Shown: one piece after another, positions 29,092-40,000 of the stretch
How the letters are laid out: each line of letters starts with the position of its first letter
Position numbering within the stretch: the stretch's first letter is position 1
IMG/VR virus record: IMGVR_UViG_3300037189_002988
Span: 16,722-80,721 of that record
Length of the DNA stretch: 64,000 nucleotides
Direction: 5' to 3' (one strand)
Source of the DNA: a virus
Position numbers and translations under genes: made by a program
Notes under the pieces: model-generated
Database searches by the model: none
Told to the model about the DNA's origin: nothing
What the model saw: only the letters and a program-made list of their open reading frames with translations

Positions 29092-29739
29092 ATGGCATAT
29101 ACTCGTGGTAATTCTAAGCAAATTATCGTAGGTGCAGCAGCATTATTCGTTGCAGACGATTCACTCGATTACTTTGACTCAGTAGGACAATACAGATTCT
29201 CATCTGCATCAACTACAGGAGTCCCAGCATTCGCAAACGGAGTCGACTTCAAAACAACAATGAGTGCTTGTACAGCATTTACAAACGTAGGCTACACAAT
29301 GAATGGTTTGGAATTACAATTCCAACCAGACTTTGGTGAAGTTCAAGTAGACCAATTGCTAGACGTTGCACGTCTGTACAAACAAGGTATGTCCGTAAGT
29401 TTAGTTACAGCATTTGCTGAAGCAACTTTGGACAACTTGATTACAGCAATCGCAGCGAAAGAAGCAGATAAAACAACATCAGGATCAACCGTAACACTAG
29501 AACTAAAATCTGGTGACATCGGTGACGTTCCAGTTGAACGTGCTCTTGTTGCAGTAGGTCCAGGAACAGGTGACCCAAACATTACTAAGGAACGCGTTTA
29601 CGTTGCAAACCGTGCACTTTCAATCGAAAGTGTAACAGTATCAGCAAAACGTGACACACCTTCAATGTTTGAAGTAACTTTCCGCTTGCTTTCAGCATCA
29701 AACGGATCTTACGGAAAAATTGTTGACCGCACAGTCTAA
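29092..29739 (+). CDS. Major tail (tube) protein
   Basis: IIVGAAALF, VGYT.NGLEL.FQPDFGEV.VDQLLD, FEVTFRLL. Strong RBS, biased codons, terminator downstream, followed by chaperones and tape measure. Confidence 0.85.
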   Translation: MAYTRGNSKQIIVGAAALFVADDSLDYFDSVGQYRFSSASTTGVPAFANGVDFKTTMSACTAFTNVGYTMNGLELQFQPDFGEVQVDQLLDVARLYKQGMSVSLVTAFAEATLDNLITAIAAKEADKTTSGSTVTLELKSGDIGDVPVERALVAVGPGTGDPNITKERVYVANRALSIESVTVSAKRDTPSMFEVTFRLLSASNGSYGKIVDRTV

Positions 29740-29760
29740 ACAATAATTTCATAAACACTT

Positions 29761-29791
29761 AGCCCACTTCCCTTTACAGGGGGTGGGTTTT
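29761..29791 (+). terminator. Rho-independent terminator after the major tail gene
   Basis: AGCCCACTTCCC-loop-GGGGGTGGGTT followed by Ts. Confidence 0.75.
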
Positions 29792-29826
29792 GTGCTATAA
29801 TTTTAATGAGTCTTAAGGAGGCTTGA

Positions 29827-30162
29827 ATGGCAACAAGTGTTTATGAACCAGTTGAAATTGAACTACAAAACGGAACAAAAATTACTATGGCTCCTTTAAA
29901 AATTACTCTATTAAGAGAATTTATGAAAGAGTTTCAAAAGATTTCTGATCCAAAAATTGCAGAAGACAATATCAAATCAATGGATTTATTAGTAAGTTGT
30001 GCAGCAATTGCAATGAAACAGTATGATCCAGAACTATCTGATCCAGCAAAGTTTGAAGAAGTTATTGATCTTCCAACAGTTTACAAAATCATCGAAGTGG
30101 CAGCGGGTATTAAGTTGAACGACCCAAACGCACTAGCGGCGGCTCTAGTTGGGACGAACTAG
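29827..30162 (+). CDS. Tail assembly chaperone (short form, G-like)
   Basis: Lies between tail tube and tape measure genes; slippery site near its 3' end. Confidence 0.8.
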   Translation: MATSVYEPVEIELQNGTKITMAPLKITLLREFMKEFQKISDPKIAEDNIKSMDLLVSCAAIAMKQYDPELSDPAKFEEVIDLPTVYKIIEVAAGIKLNDPNALAAALVGTN

Positions 30163-30171
30163 ATCTAGCCG
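30123..30171 (+). other. Programmed -1 ribosomal frameshift signal: C CCA AAC plus downstream hairpin
   Basis: X XXY YYZ heptamer in frame at 30123-30129. The -1 frame is open from 30114 to stop 30500. Hairpin TCTAGTT/AACTAGA flanked by CGGC/GCCG. Confidence 0.8.
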
Positions 30172-30500
30172 AGATAGAGTCTAAAGTATTTCTTTTAGGA
30201 TTCTGGAAGAATTACAAAGATATGGAAGACTCTATATCAATGCCTGAGTTAGTAGCAATACTAAACGCAAAGAGTAAGCAAGAATATGAAGATAGAAAGT
30301 TCTTTGCTGCTCTTCAAGGCGTAGATATGGATAAAGACAATTCGTCTGAAGGTCAAGAGGCTTGGGAAAGAATTAAAGCCAAAGCCTTTAGTGGTGGAAA
30401 GACCACTGACCCTAACGATATAGTATCACTGCAAGGCAATGCCGCAAGAAAAGCAGGATTCGGTATCGGTGAGGGATTAGACTACGAGGTGATTGATTAG
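30123..30500 (+). CDS. Tail assembly chaperone frameshift extension (GT-like fusion 29827..30500)
   Basis: The -1 frame reads ...RTSGGSSWDELDLAEIESKVFLLGFWKNYKDMEDSISMPEL..., continuous with listed ORF 30222..30500. Confidence 0.75.
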   Translation, partial: PKRTSGGSSWDELDLAEIESKVFLLGFWKNYKDMEDSISMPELVAILNAKSKQEYEDRKFFAALQGVDMDKDNSSEGQEAWERIKAKAFSGGKTTDPNDIVSLQGNAARKAGFGIGEGLDYEVID

Positions 30501-33500
30501 TGGCTGAAGTTGTCAAGGGTATAGTTGATATTGAAATCAACACTGGCACTGCTGCAAAAGAATTAAAAGCATTACAACAACAAATTAATGCTTTCAATCT
30601 TGCTATTAATAAAGGTAACACTTTTCAAACAGCCGCTGCTGCAAAATATTCATCTGAATTAAAAGATGTAATTAATGCAAGTAAATTCTTTACTGCTGAA
30701 ACAGTAAGAATGCAAACTGCCGCAGGAGCACTTGACTCAACACTTAAAAAGGGTCAATCAACTCTTGGTAATTTCTTTAGTGCCAAATTCAACCGTAACA
30801 GTGCTTTATTTGCTGAAACAATGGGTCTTGCTGCAGAACGTGCAAGAACCATGCAAACTCAGTTTATTGCCACTTCTGGGTCCGCTAAAGGCATGCAAGA
30901 GGCTCTTGCTATTAGACCACTTGCTGCATTTAATTCTGAAATGGCTGTTGCAGCCCAAAGATCTCAAATTCTTAGCACAATGTTCCGTCAGGGGACTACA
31001 CATTTAATTAACTTTGGTAAAAACGTTCAGTGGGCTGGTCGCCAACTTATGGTTGGTTTTACATTACCACTTACTTCATTTGGGATAGTTGCTGGAAAAA
31101 CATTTGCAGACTTAGAAAAACAGGTGGTCTCATTTAAAAAGGTTTATGGAGATATTTTTACAACTCCAGGAGAATTGCAAGGAAACCTAGATGCTGTAAT
31201 GGCTTTAGGAAAAGAATATACAAAATATGGAATTGCAGTAAAAGATACAGTAGGCTTGGCTGCACAAGCAGCAGCCGCTGGTCGTAGAAACAAAGACTTA
31301 ACAGATGCAGTAACTGAAGCAACTAGATTATCAACTCTTGGTCAAATGGATCAAAACGAAGCATTAAAAACTACAATAGCATTACAAAGTGCTTTTAAAT
31401 TATCTGGTCAAGAATTAACAAATGCAATTAACTTTTTAAACATTGTAGAAAACCAAACAGTAGTAAGCCTACAGGACTTGGCTGCAGCAATTCCTCGTGT
31501 AGCACCAGTAATTGTAGGTTTAGGTGGTGACGTAAAAGATTTATCAGTATTTTTAGCCGCTATGCAAGAAGGTGGTGTGTCAGCAGAACAAGGTGCTAAC
31601 GCACTAAAGTCTGGTCTTGCATCTTTAATTAATCCTTCTAGAGCAGCAAAAGAAACTTTGGGTCAACTAGGAATTAACATGGAATATATTGTTAATCAAA
31701 ATAGAGGCGACCTAATGGGTACAGTTACGGCATTCAGTAGAGCATTGTCAACACTTGATGATTTTACAAGACAGCAAGCACTAGAAAAAATATTTGGTAA
31801 ATATCAATACGCAAGACTTGGTGCGTTGTTTGATAATCTAACTCGTCAAGGATCACAAGCACAGCAGGTGATGGATGCAGCAGGTTTTTCAGTAGAACAA
31901 ATGGCATCATCTGCGGATAAAGAATTAAAAACAATTGAAGAATCATTTGGTGTTCAACTTACTGCCGCTATTGAAAAATTTAAATTAGCAATCGCCCCAG
32001 TTGGTCAAATGTTCTTACAAATGGCAATTCCAGTAGTAAATTTCTTCACAAAGATAGTAGAAGGATTTAATAATCTACCAGATTTTACTAAAAGATTTGC
32101 AGCATTAGCAACAATTATTACAGGACTTGTAATTCCAGCAGGAACTATGTTCTTTGGTTTATTAATGAACTTAAGTGGTACCCTTGCAAAATTAATGCAG
32201 GGTGTTGGAATATTTACTAAAGGAACACTTAAAGGTGGAATTCTTGGTGGTATTCAGGCTGTAAGTCAGTCCATGAAGTATATGTCACTTCAAGAATTAG
32301 ATTCAGCACTTGCTGCTAAACAACTAGGTACAGCAACTATGTCAGTCAATGATGCATTACTTGCTCAAGTAAATTCAGCACAAGGTGCTCGTCAAGCAAT
32401 TAATGGACTGGCAGATACATATGGGATATTGATTACAAGAATGGCAGAAGCAGCATCTATGTCTAAGTTTACACTTGGTACACCAGGTGCAGCAATGCAA
32501 ATGGCACAAACAAGAAATATTAAAGGTGGATTCCCAACAAAGAAATTTGCAAGTGGTGGAGTTGTTCCAGGAACTGGAAATCAAGATACTGTACCAGCAA
32601 TGCTTACACCAGGTGAGTTTGTTGTAAATAAAAAAGCAACTAGTTCAATTGGAACAAGTTTCTTAAGAATGTTAAATGGTGGAAAAGTTCGTGGGTATAA
32701 TGATGGTGGATTCTTTAGTGATTATGAAAATATGCAAAAAGAAAATAATGGTGTAGGAAATAAATATACAAAGATTATTTCAGGTCAATATAGTGATCCA
32801 AATGTTTCATTTAGTCAACAACCATTTGAAATTGGAAATGCTCCTTCAGCATTGCTAGATGAAATGTTAAAAGAACTAAACTTAACACATAATAAATATA
32901 CAAGATTTATATCTCCTATGCCTAGATTTAAACCAGCAGCAGGAAGTTTAGCAAAAAGTTTAATCGGTGCAAGTAAAGAATATGATTTTAATAATAGATT
33001 AAGAACAGGTACAGCAACAAGAGCAGAAGTTGGTGGATTCTTTTTAGGAAATAGAAGAGTTCATGGAGGGTCATCAGCAATAGTTAGTCCATTCAAATAC
33101 CTTCTAGATGAAGCAGGAATAACAGATCCAAAGGTTGAAAAAGAATTAGGAAGAATGGCACACAAAATATTACTGCAAAAGGTAAAGGCTGGTCAAACCG
33201 TAGATGATAAAATGTTTTCTAAAATATTTAATCAAGCAGTAGATAGAGTAGGTGCAAGTGTTCCAGATAAACAAAAATTAGGATTTGCTAGAGCAGCACT
33301 TGGCCAACAAACTGGAGAATCAAGAGTAAGTGGACGAGTTGCTGGATTATTAAAAGTTTTGCCAAATAAAATTAGAAGAATTCCTGGAATGAGAAGAAGC
33401 ACCTATGTTTATACTGGCAGTTCAGGAAGCATTAAATTTAGTCCAGGTCAAACTAGGTCATCTGGTGGATCTGGATATCAAACAATGCCTCAGTATGAGG

Positions 33501-36451
33501 GTTATAACAAAGGACATGTGCAAACATTTGCCAAAGGTGGATCAGTACCTTCACTATTAACACCTGGAGAATTTGTAGTAGGAAAAGAAGCAGCAGCAAA
33601 AAATAGACCATTCTTAGAAGCATTAAATAGTGGAATGATAAACAAGTATGCAGTTGGTGGAGATGTTATGTATGGTCCACAAACAAGACGTCAAGCAGCA
33701 ATTACATCATTTAAGGGTGGACTAGGAACTGCAGGAACAGTAGCAGCAGGTGCATCAATACCATTAATGTTTGCTGGACAAATAATGGCACAAAGTTCAA
33801 ATCAATTTGCTGCATCAATAGGAAGTTTTGTAAATTCAATGACTCCAGCACTATTTGGATTGCAGGTGCTCGGACCACTTCTTCCTAAGTTAGCAAATCC
33901 AATTGGCCTTGCAATCGGTGCTACCGCAGCACTTGCTTATGGAACATATAAAGTAGTAGCACAAATTAAAAAGTTAGAAGACTCTGGTGCTGCATTAACT
34001 AGAGCAATGTATGGCTCATCAAAAACAGTTGATCAAATGGCTGCAGCATTTGGAAGACAAACAGCAACTCAACAAGTTACATCTACATTGGCACAAAGAG
34101 TTGGTGGTGCAGTTAGTCAACCAGCAGCAGAGGCTGCTAATCAATTTGTTGGAACTGATGCAGGAAAACAATTGATTGCTGATATTGAATTAGTTAAAAA
34201 GGCTGGTGGAGATACTATTGCCGCTCTAAAGAATCAACTAGCAAGAAGCGTTGTATCTGGTGCTATTACAGCAGAGGAAGCCAGGGGTGTAGCAATTGAA
34301 ATTGGAAAAACTCTTAATGATCAACAATTAGCAGTAAATGTATCTGCTCAATTAACACAATTAATAGGACAAAATGGTGAATTAATTAAGGGTAATGAAA
34401 TAGATATTATTGGAAAAATAACTCCTACAGTTGATATGACACAGGTAAATGCAATTACTGAACAAATGTTTGCTCAAAATACTTCTGGATTCTGGGGTGG
34501 TCTTGCAAAAATATTTACTGATGATGATGTAGCAAAGAATAAAATTGCTGTTAATTTAATTGCAGAAAGCACAATTCAAGCATTTAAAACATCAGAAGAA
34601 TCAGTGTCAAACTTTAAACTCGCAGTTTTAGATGGATCAATGAGTCTTGAAGAATATAATAGAAAAACAAATGAATTAGGAAGAACAAGTCAACAAACAG
34701 CACAAGGTGGACTTGATGCAATTGCAAATAAACTTAAAGTTACAAAAGGTGAATTAAATAATCTTGCAAATCAAAAAAGTGTAGTTGGTGGAAGAGGTGG
34801 CTCTGCACTTGTTCCAACTGGAACTGCTAAGTTATTAGAGGCAGAATTAAAGAAAACAAAAACAGCAGCACAGTCAGCATTAAAGAATATGGGTCTTACA
34901 GACACCATGGTTGAACAAATTAGCAAAGGTCTTTCTTCTGAAAACTTTGTAACCCAAATGGAACAATTTGGAATGCTTGCTGGCGGAGCATTAACTGATG
35001 AAATGGAAATTAAACTTGCAGAAATGCTTGGAAAAGGAAAATATTATTTTGACAACTTATTAAACCCAGGAGGAAAAGGTGGTATCCCAGGAGCAGATAC
35101 TGGAGGAGGACTTGGTGGAGATGGCACAGAAGGGGAAAAGTCAGCACTTCAACTATTATTAGAACGTATTGCATTAACAAAAAAACAAACCGCTGCAATA
35201 TCTGGATTAGTTGCTAATGGATTAAAACCAGAAGCAGCCGCTGCATTGAGTGCTGAAGAAGCAACACAACTTTATAATAAATCTAAAAAAGAACAATCAA
35301 AAATTATTGAAACAATAAATAATGATTCTATTAGACAAAGAGTATTAGCAGCAGCAGCATTAACTGATGATCAAAAATCAATTAATTTAAATAATCTTAA
35401 AATTCAAGGTATGAACTTAGAAATTGCACAAAATCAAAAACAAATTGATCAAGTAACTAGATTAAATGAATTAGATACTAGACAAGTATCTATTAGACAA
35501 CGTGCATTAGATATTTTAGGAAAGAAAGAAAAATCAGTAAATGATTTATATGCTAATAGAACAAAGGCTTTAGACGCAGTTGCTCAAGCAAATGAAAGAG
35601 CAAATCAACAACAAAGAAATTCTATTGCACTTGCTAATGCTTTAACCAGTGGAGACTTTGGTGCTGCTGCTACAGCCGCTGCACAGATGACATCAGACTC
35701 AGCATCAAATCAAATTCAAGATGCAAAGACAGCATTAGAAGCACAACGTCAAGCAGAACTTAATGCACTTACTACAGAAGTTAATGGTAAATTATTAACA
35801 AGGGCAGAAATAGAAGCACAAATAGATACATATAATGAAAATATTTATCAAAGAACACAAAGCACACTTCAATATGAAGATAATATATATACTATAAAAT
35901 CTAAAATGGCAGAACTTGAAAGAGAAAATGATTTAATTCAACAAAGAGTTGCAACTGCACAAGTTCAAGCAGAAGCATCTATGGCTAATCAAGAAAAATA
36001 TTCAAAGAGTATTAGAGACTATTATGCACAAGTTCTTGAAATTATGAATAAGATGGGTGGAAAAGGAAAAGGTCAAACAGCAGCCTATGGTGGAACAATT
36101 AAAAAAATGGCTTTTGGAAATGTAGTTCCAGGAACTGGAATGACAGATAAAGTTCCAGCACTACTAACACCTGGAGAGTTTGTTGTTAGAAAGTCTGTTG
36201 CAGAAGCAAATATGCCATTATTAAAGTCATTAAACAGTAATGTATTTGGTGCAGGAATGAGTGTTGGATCTCCAAACATATCACCAGTTGATGCTACAAC
36301 GTCTGTTTCAAACGTATCGGCACCAGTGTATAATTATAATGTAAACGTTAATGTTGCAGATACAAATGCATCTCCAAATGAAATTGCAGATGTTGTAATG
36401 AATAGAATTAGAATGACAAAAGATAGAAGCGTCAGAGGAAACAGATACTAA
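30500..36451 (+). CDS. Tape measure protein
   Basis: 1983 aa, Ala/Gln-rich and helical. TP901-like core (NFGKNVQWAGRQL, ENQT..SLQDL..AIP, GANALKS). Follows the frameshifted chaperones. Confidence 0.92.
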   Translation: MAEVVKGIVDIEINTGTAAKELKALQQQINAFNLAINKGNTFQTAAAAKYSSELKDVINASKFFTAETVRMQTAAGALDSTLKKGQSTLGNFFSAKFNRNSALFAETMGLAAERARTMQTQFIATSGSAKGMQEALAIRPLAAFNSEMAVAAQRSQILSTMFRQGTTHLINFGKNVQWAGRQLMVGFTLPLTSFGIVAGKTFADLEKQVVSFKKVYGDIFTTPGELQGNLDAVMALGKEYTKYGIAVKDTVGLAAQAAAAGRRNKDLTDAVTEATRLSTLGQMDQNEALKTTIALQSAFKLSGQELTNAINFLNIVENQTVVSLQDLAAAIPRVAPVIVGLGGDVKDLSVFLAAMQEGGVSAEQGANALKSGLASLINPSRAAKETLGQLGINMEYIVNQNRGDLMGTVTAFSRALSTLDDFTRQQALEKIFGKYQYARLGALFDNLTRQGSQAQQVMDAAGFSVEQMASSADKELKTIEESFGVQLTAAIEKFKLAIAPVGQMFLQMAIPVVNFFTKIVEGFNNLPDFTKRFAALATIITGLVIPAGTMFFGLLMNLSGTLAKLMQGVGIFTKGTLKGGILGGIQAVSQSMKYMSLQELDSALAAKQLGTATMSVNDALLAQVNSAQGARQAINGLADTYGILITRMAEAASMSKFTLGTPGAAMQMAQTRNIKGGFPTKKFASGGVVPGTGNQDTVPAMLTPGEFVVNKKATSSIGTSFLRMLNGGKVRGYNDGGFFSDYENMQKENNGVGNKYTKIISGQYSDPNVSFSQQPFEIGNAPSALLDEMLKELNLTHNKYTRFISPMPRFKPAAGSLAKSLIGASKEYDFNNRLRTGTATRAEVGGFFLGNRRVHGGSSAIVSPFKYLLDEAGITDPKVEKELGRMAHKILLQKVKAGQTVDDKMFSKIFNQAVDRVGASVPDKQKLGFARAALGQQTGESRVSGRVAGLLKVLPNKIRRIPGMRRSTYVYTGSSGSIKFSPGQTRSSGGSGYQTMPQYEGYNKGHVQTFAKGGSVPSLLTPGEFVVGKEAAAKNRPFLEALNSGMINKYAVGGDVMYGPQTRRQAAITSFKGGLGTAGTVAAGASIPLMFAGQIMAQSSNQFAASIGSFVNSMTPALFGLQVLGPLLPKLANPIGLAIGATAALAYGTYKVVAQIKKLEDSGAALTRAMYGSSKTVDQMAAAFGRQTATQQVTSTLAQRVGGAVSQPAAEAANQFVGTDAGKQLIADIELVKKAGGDTIAALKNQLARSVVSGAITAEEARGVAIEIGKTLNDQQLAVNVSAQLTQLIGQNGELIKGNEIDIIGKITPTVDMTQVNAITEQMFAQNTSGFWGGLAKIFTDDDVAKNKIAVNLIAESTIQAFKTSEESVSNFKLAVLDGSMSLEEYNRKTNELGRTSQQTAQGGLDAIANKLKVTKGELNNLANQKSVVGGRGGSALVPTGTAKLLEAELKKTKTAAQSALKNMGLTDTMVEQISKGLSSENFVTQMEQFGMLAGGALTDEMEIKLAEMLGKGKYYFDNLLNPGGKGGIPGADTGGGLGGDGTEGEKSALQLLLERIALTKKQTAAISGLVANGLKPEAAAALSAEEATQLYNKSKKEQSKIIETINNDSIRQRVLAAAALTDDQKSINLNNLKIQGMNLEIAQNQKQIDQVTRLNELDTRQVSIRQRALDILGKKEKSVNDLYANRTKALDAVAQANERANQQQRNSIALANALTSGDFGAAATAAAQMTSDSASNQIQDAKTALEAQRQAELNALTTEVNGKLLTRAEIEAQIDTYNENIYQRTQSTLQYEDNIYTIKSKMAELERENDLIQQRVATAQVQAEASMANQEKYSKSIRDYYAQVLEIMNKMGGKGKGQTAAYGGTIKKMAFGNVVPGTGMTDKVPALLTPGEFVVRKSVAEANMPLLKSLNSNVFGAGMSVGSPNISPVDATTSVSNVSAPVYNYNVNVNVADTNASPNEIADVVMNRIRMTKDRSVRGNRY
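32546..36240 (+). repeat. Three dispersed copies of a ~50-aa (F/Y)AxGG..VP.LLTPGEFVV..FL..LN motif in the tape measure protein (32546-32710, 33500-33661, 36083-36240)
   Basis: FASGGVVPGTGNQDTVPAMLTPGEFVV; FAKGGSVPSLLTPGEFVV; MAFGNVVPGTGMTDKVPALLTPGEFVV. Confidence 0.85.
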
Positions 36452-37041
36452 TGGCTACAAGTACTTATATTCAAAATAGATGGGCTTATACTAGACCACA
36501 GGCTATTGCATGGGCTAATAATAGCGGCAGTGTTAATGGTGGTCTCCTTGTGCCTGGGGGTACTGAATTAGAAGATTTTATTATATTATCAGATCATAAT
36601 CGTGGAGAAATATCAATAGGTCAAAATAGAATTGAAAATAGAAAAAGAATGATTAATGGAACAATGCGTTCATATCATATTGCAGATAAATTAAATATCT
36701 CATTAGACTGGGAAATGCTTCCTTCAAGATCACATAGTGGAAACCCAGCATACAACGCATATGGCAATGCAGCGTCTGGATTAACTGAATATACTGCTGA
36801 CGGTGGTGCAGGAGGTGCAGACATAGTATCTTGGTACGAATCAAACCCTGGATCATTTTATATGTTTATGTCTTATGATAGACACGATAAGTTTAGTGGA
36901 CAGGTTGATAGATTTGATCATTTACATCAATATAATGATGTAGTAGAAGTTTATTTCTCTTCATTTTCTTTTAACATAGTAAAACGTGGTGGATCTAATC
37001 ACGACTTTTGGAATATCTCATTATCTCTTGAGGAAGTATAA
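36451..37041 (+). CDS. Putative distal tail protein
   Basis: Directly after tape measure. RMINGTMRSYHIADK...W..LP and WNISLSLEEV pattern. Confidence 0.6.
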   Translation: MATSTYIQNRWAYTRPQAIAWANNSGSVNGGLLVPGGTELEDFIILSDHNRGEISIGQNRIENRKRMINGTMRSYHIADKLNISLDWEMLPSRSHSGNPAYNAYGNAASGLTEYTADGGAGGADIVSWYESNPGSFYMFMSYDRHDKFSGQVDRFDHLHQYNDVVEVYFSSFSFNIVKRGGSNHDFWNISLSLEEV

Positions 37042-40000
37042 TGTTTGTAGATTCCGACTTAAACACACATCTTAAAACTAATAATACATTAAAATCAGAA
37101 TCATTAGTAATTGCAGAATGGAATCTTAATGATTTTGAAAATATATTAAACTTTGGTAATTACCGATATAGGGCTAATGATGCAGCATCTTCTATATATG
37201 CTAATTTACCTAATTCATACGACCCCGATGATTTAGGAGATTATTATACAGACGCACTTGTTTCAAGTATAGAATCAGAAACGCTTGTTGATGAAAATGA
37301 TGCATCATTAATTTTTACTACACCAGAAGTAGACAGACAACTTTACTATGACTTAAAACAATGCTTTAATTCTTTTAGACCTAGATCTGGAATTAATAAA
37401 CCATTGTTCTTTGAAACAGGAAAGTATGTAGATAATATTAAGTCTGCAAGAAGACCTAGATACTACATGGCATCTAGAAATGACTACTTTAAATACTGGA
37501 ACTCATTTAGAATTGAAAATAATATTGAAAGAGGAAGGTCTGAAAGAGTAGACTCAACCGCAATTGGATACAGCATTACAGATGCATGCCCATTTGTTGT
37601 ATACAAAGAGCAGGTTGCCTCTAACAGAATTGTTGTTAAACTACAAACAAATCTTGCAGAAAGTGCTGGGGTAACAATAAAAGATATAAATAACAATGTA
37701 ATTACAGATCCACTTACAGATATAACAAAGTCTAGTATTCCAAAAAGATGGTCTGTGCAATACCTAGACAACAACAATAATTGGATAACAGCAATTGAAT
37801 TTAACGAAGACTCATTAAGAAGAGATGGATCAAACATTGTTAAATGGGATGGATATGTAGAATTATTTTATGGTATCAATATTCCAGATAAATATAAAGG
37901 ATCATTTTATTATGTTGATAAACTAAATAGCGTAGGAGATCTTCCATCAGCACAAGCAATAAATGGAGAGGCATATCTTGTTGGCTCTTCAGCAACATCT
38001 GCTGGAACTGTTTATGTTTGGAATTCATCAAATATTGAATGGGAATCCTTTGCTGCAGAATATAAGTTTCAATTATTAGAAGATGATGATACAAAAAGAA
38101 TTGGTGTTGTATCTTCCTTAACAGATCCAGACTACTTTATCAGTGGTGGAAAAACAACATTTAGAGAAATTGTATTATTAAAAGGACTAAGGGTAAAAGT
38201 TGAAACCCTGTATGGACCAGACAACACATTTGACTTGATTGAACTAAGCCCAAGACTTACAGCAAACATATCAGACTACGTACTTGGCTTTGACGTAACA
38301 AAAACAATTCCAAATGATACTTCTGGCATTCCAGTAGGAAGCCTTGTAGCATCTAATGGAACTATGACTTTAATGAATCATGATTTTGCATTTAGCGAAC
38401 AGAATGTGTTTGAAAATAATCAGGGTAGTATTATAGCCAATATATTAAATCCCAATACAAGAGTAGACTTCTATGATGTTATAAAGAATGTAAATGAGTT
38501 TGATAAATTTATACCAGTTAAAAGTATGTATATTGAAGACTTTCCAAAAGGCGGAAGTGCCTTAGTTGACATATCAGTAAATACTAGAGACTCGTTCTTT
38601 AGATTAGAAACTCAATCTTGCCCACCATTATTTTTACAAAATGTTTCATTAACATACGCAGTAGCGGTACTATTAGATAATATAGGATTTAGCAACTACG
38701 TATTTAAAAATATAACAGATAAAAATGATCCAGTTATTCCATACTTTTTTGTTGAGCCAGATGCAAACGTTGCTGAGGTATTACAAAGACTGGCAGTAGC
38801 AACACAGTCTGCAATGTTCTTTGATGAATATAATAACTTTGTTGTAATGTCAAAAGAATATCTGTTACCCGCTACTGGTGAAAGACCAACAGACGTTACA
38901 CTATATGGTCAAAAAACAGATAATAATCTTCCTAATATTATTGAGATTAAAAGTGGAGAAACAAAGGTTATAAATGATGGAAAGATTAATTACATTACTA
39001 GATATATTCAAAGAGCACCTGCCTCATTAAAGCAAGCCACATATTTAGACGAAGATAGAACCTATGGATATCAACCAGTAGTTTTGTGGGAAGTTCCAAG
39101 CCAAACAAACAGCAAAACAATAAATGAAAAGTCAAAGACTGGATCATTTACTTTAGGTGCAGTTGCTTTGAATACAACCCTTAATAACTTAGATCCATAT
39201 GTAGAAAATAATACACTAGTCAACAACATTATAGACATAGGTGAAAATGTATACTGGCTTCCAAGAATGCAGGGGTATTTATATGCAAATGGTGAAATAA
39301 TTAAATATGATGCTGTTCAATATACAGTTCCAGCAATAGGAAATGTTTGGGTATCTGATGAAATAGAATATCAAAAATATTTTAGTCAACTACCATTTAA
39401 TGGAAAGATGTATCCTACAGGATTAATAAGAATTTATGCAGAGCCATACTATGAAGATAATATAAATAACTTAGGAACATATACTACTTTGTATAAGAAT
39501 GGACCTGTAAAGAAAAGTGGAAGAGCACAATTTGGAACTAGCATAACTGAACACTCTGCAGGCTTAAATGATTTTTGGTCCAACAATAATAATGTTGATG
39601 GATACACTATGGACTCTAGTTATTTATTTACCACAACACCAACAGGATCTATTATTAGACCAGCCTTCGGAAATGCTTCAGAAAAACTTTGGCAAACAGG
39701 AAAGGCAAACGCAGTTCAGTCAAGTCGTAATGGAATCATATCAAACTTTTTAAGAGAAACAATTCCATCAGATGACATTGTTAAAACACAAAAAACAACA
39801 TCTAAAGGAACTGTCCAATCATCTGCACTAGTATTTACAGGACCATCTACAACAGTAGATAAAAACCAAATAACACATGTTAAGAAAACGTTAGATTCAG
39901 ACTACAAACATTTTGGAACTAGGATGAGAATTATAGGAAAGAAAGAAGCAAGTACTAGAATTCAAACACCTACAAACGCAACAGAGTACTATGTAGTTTC

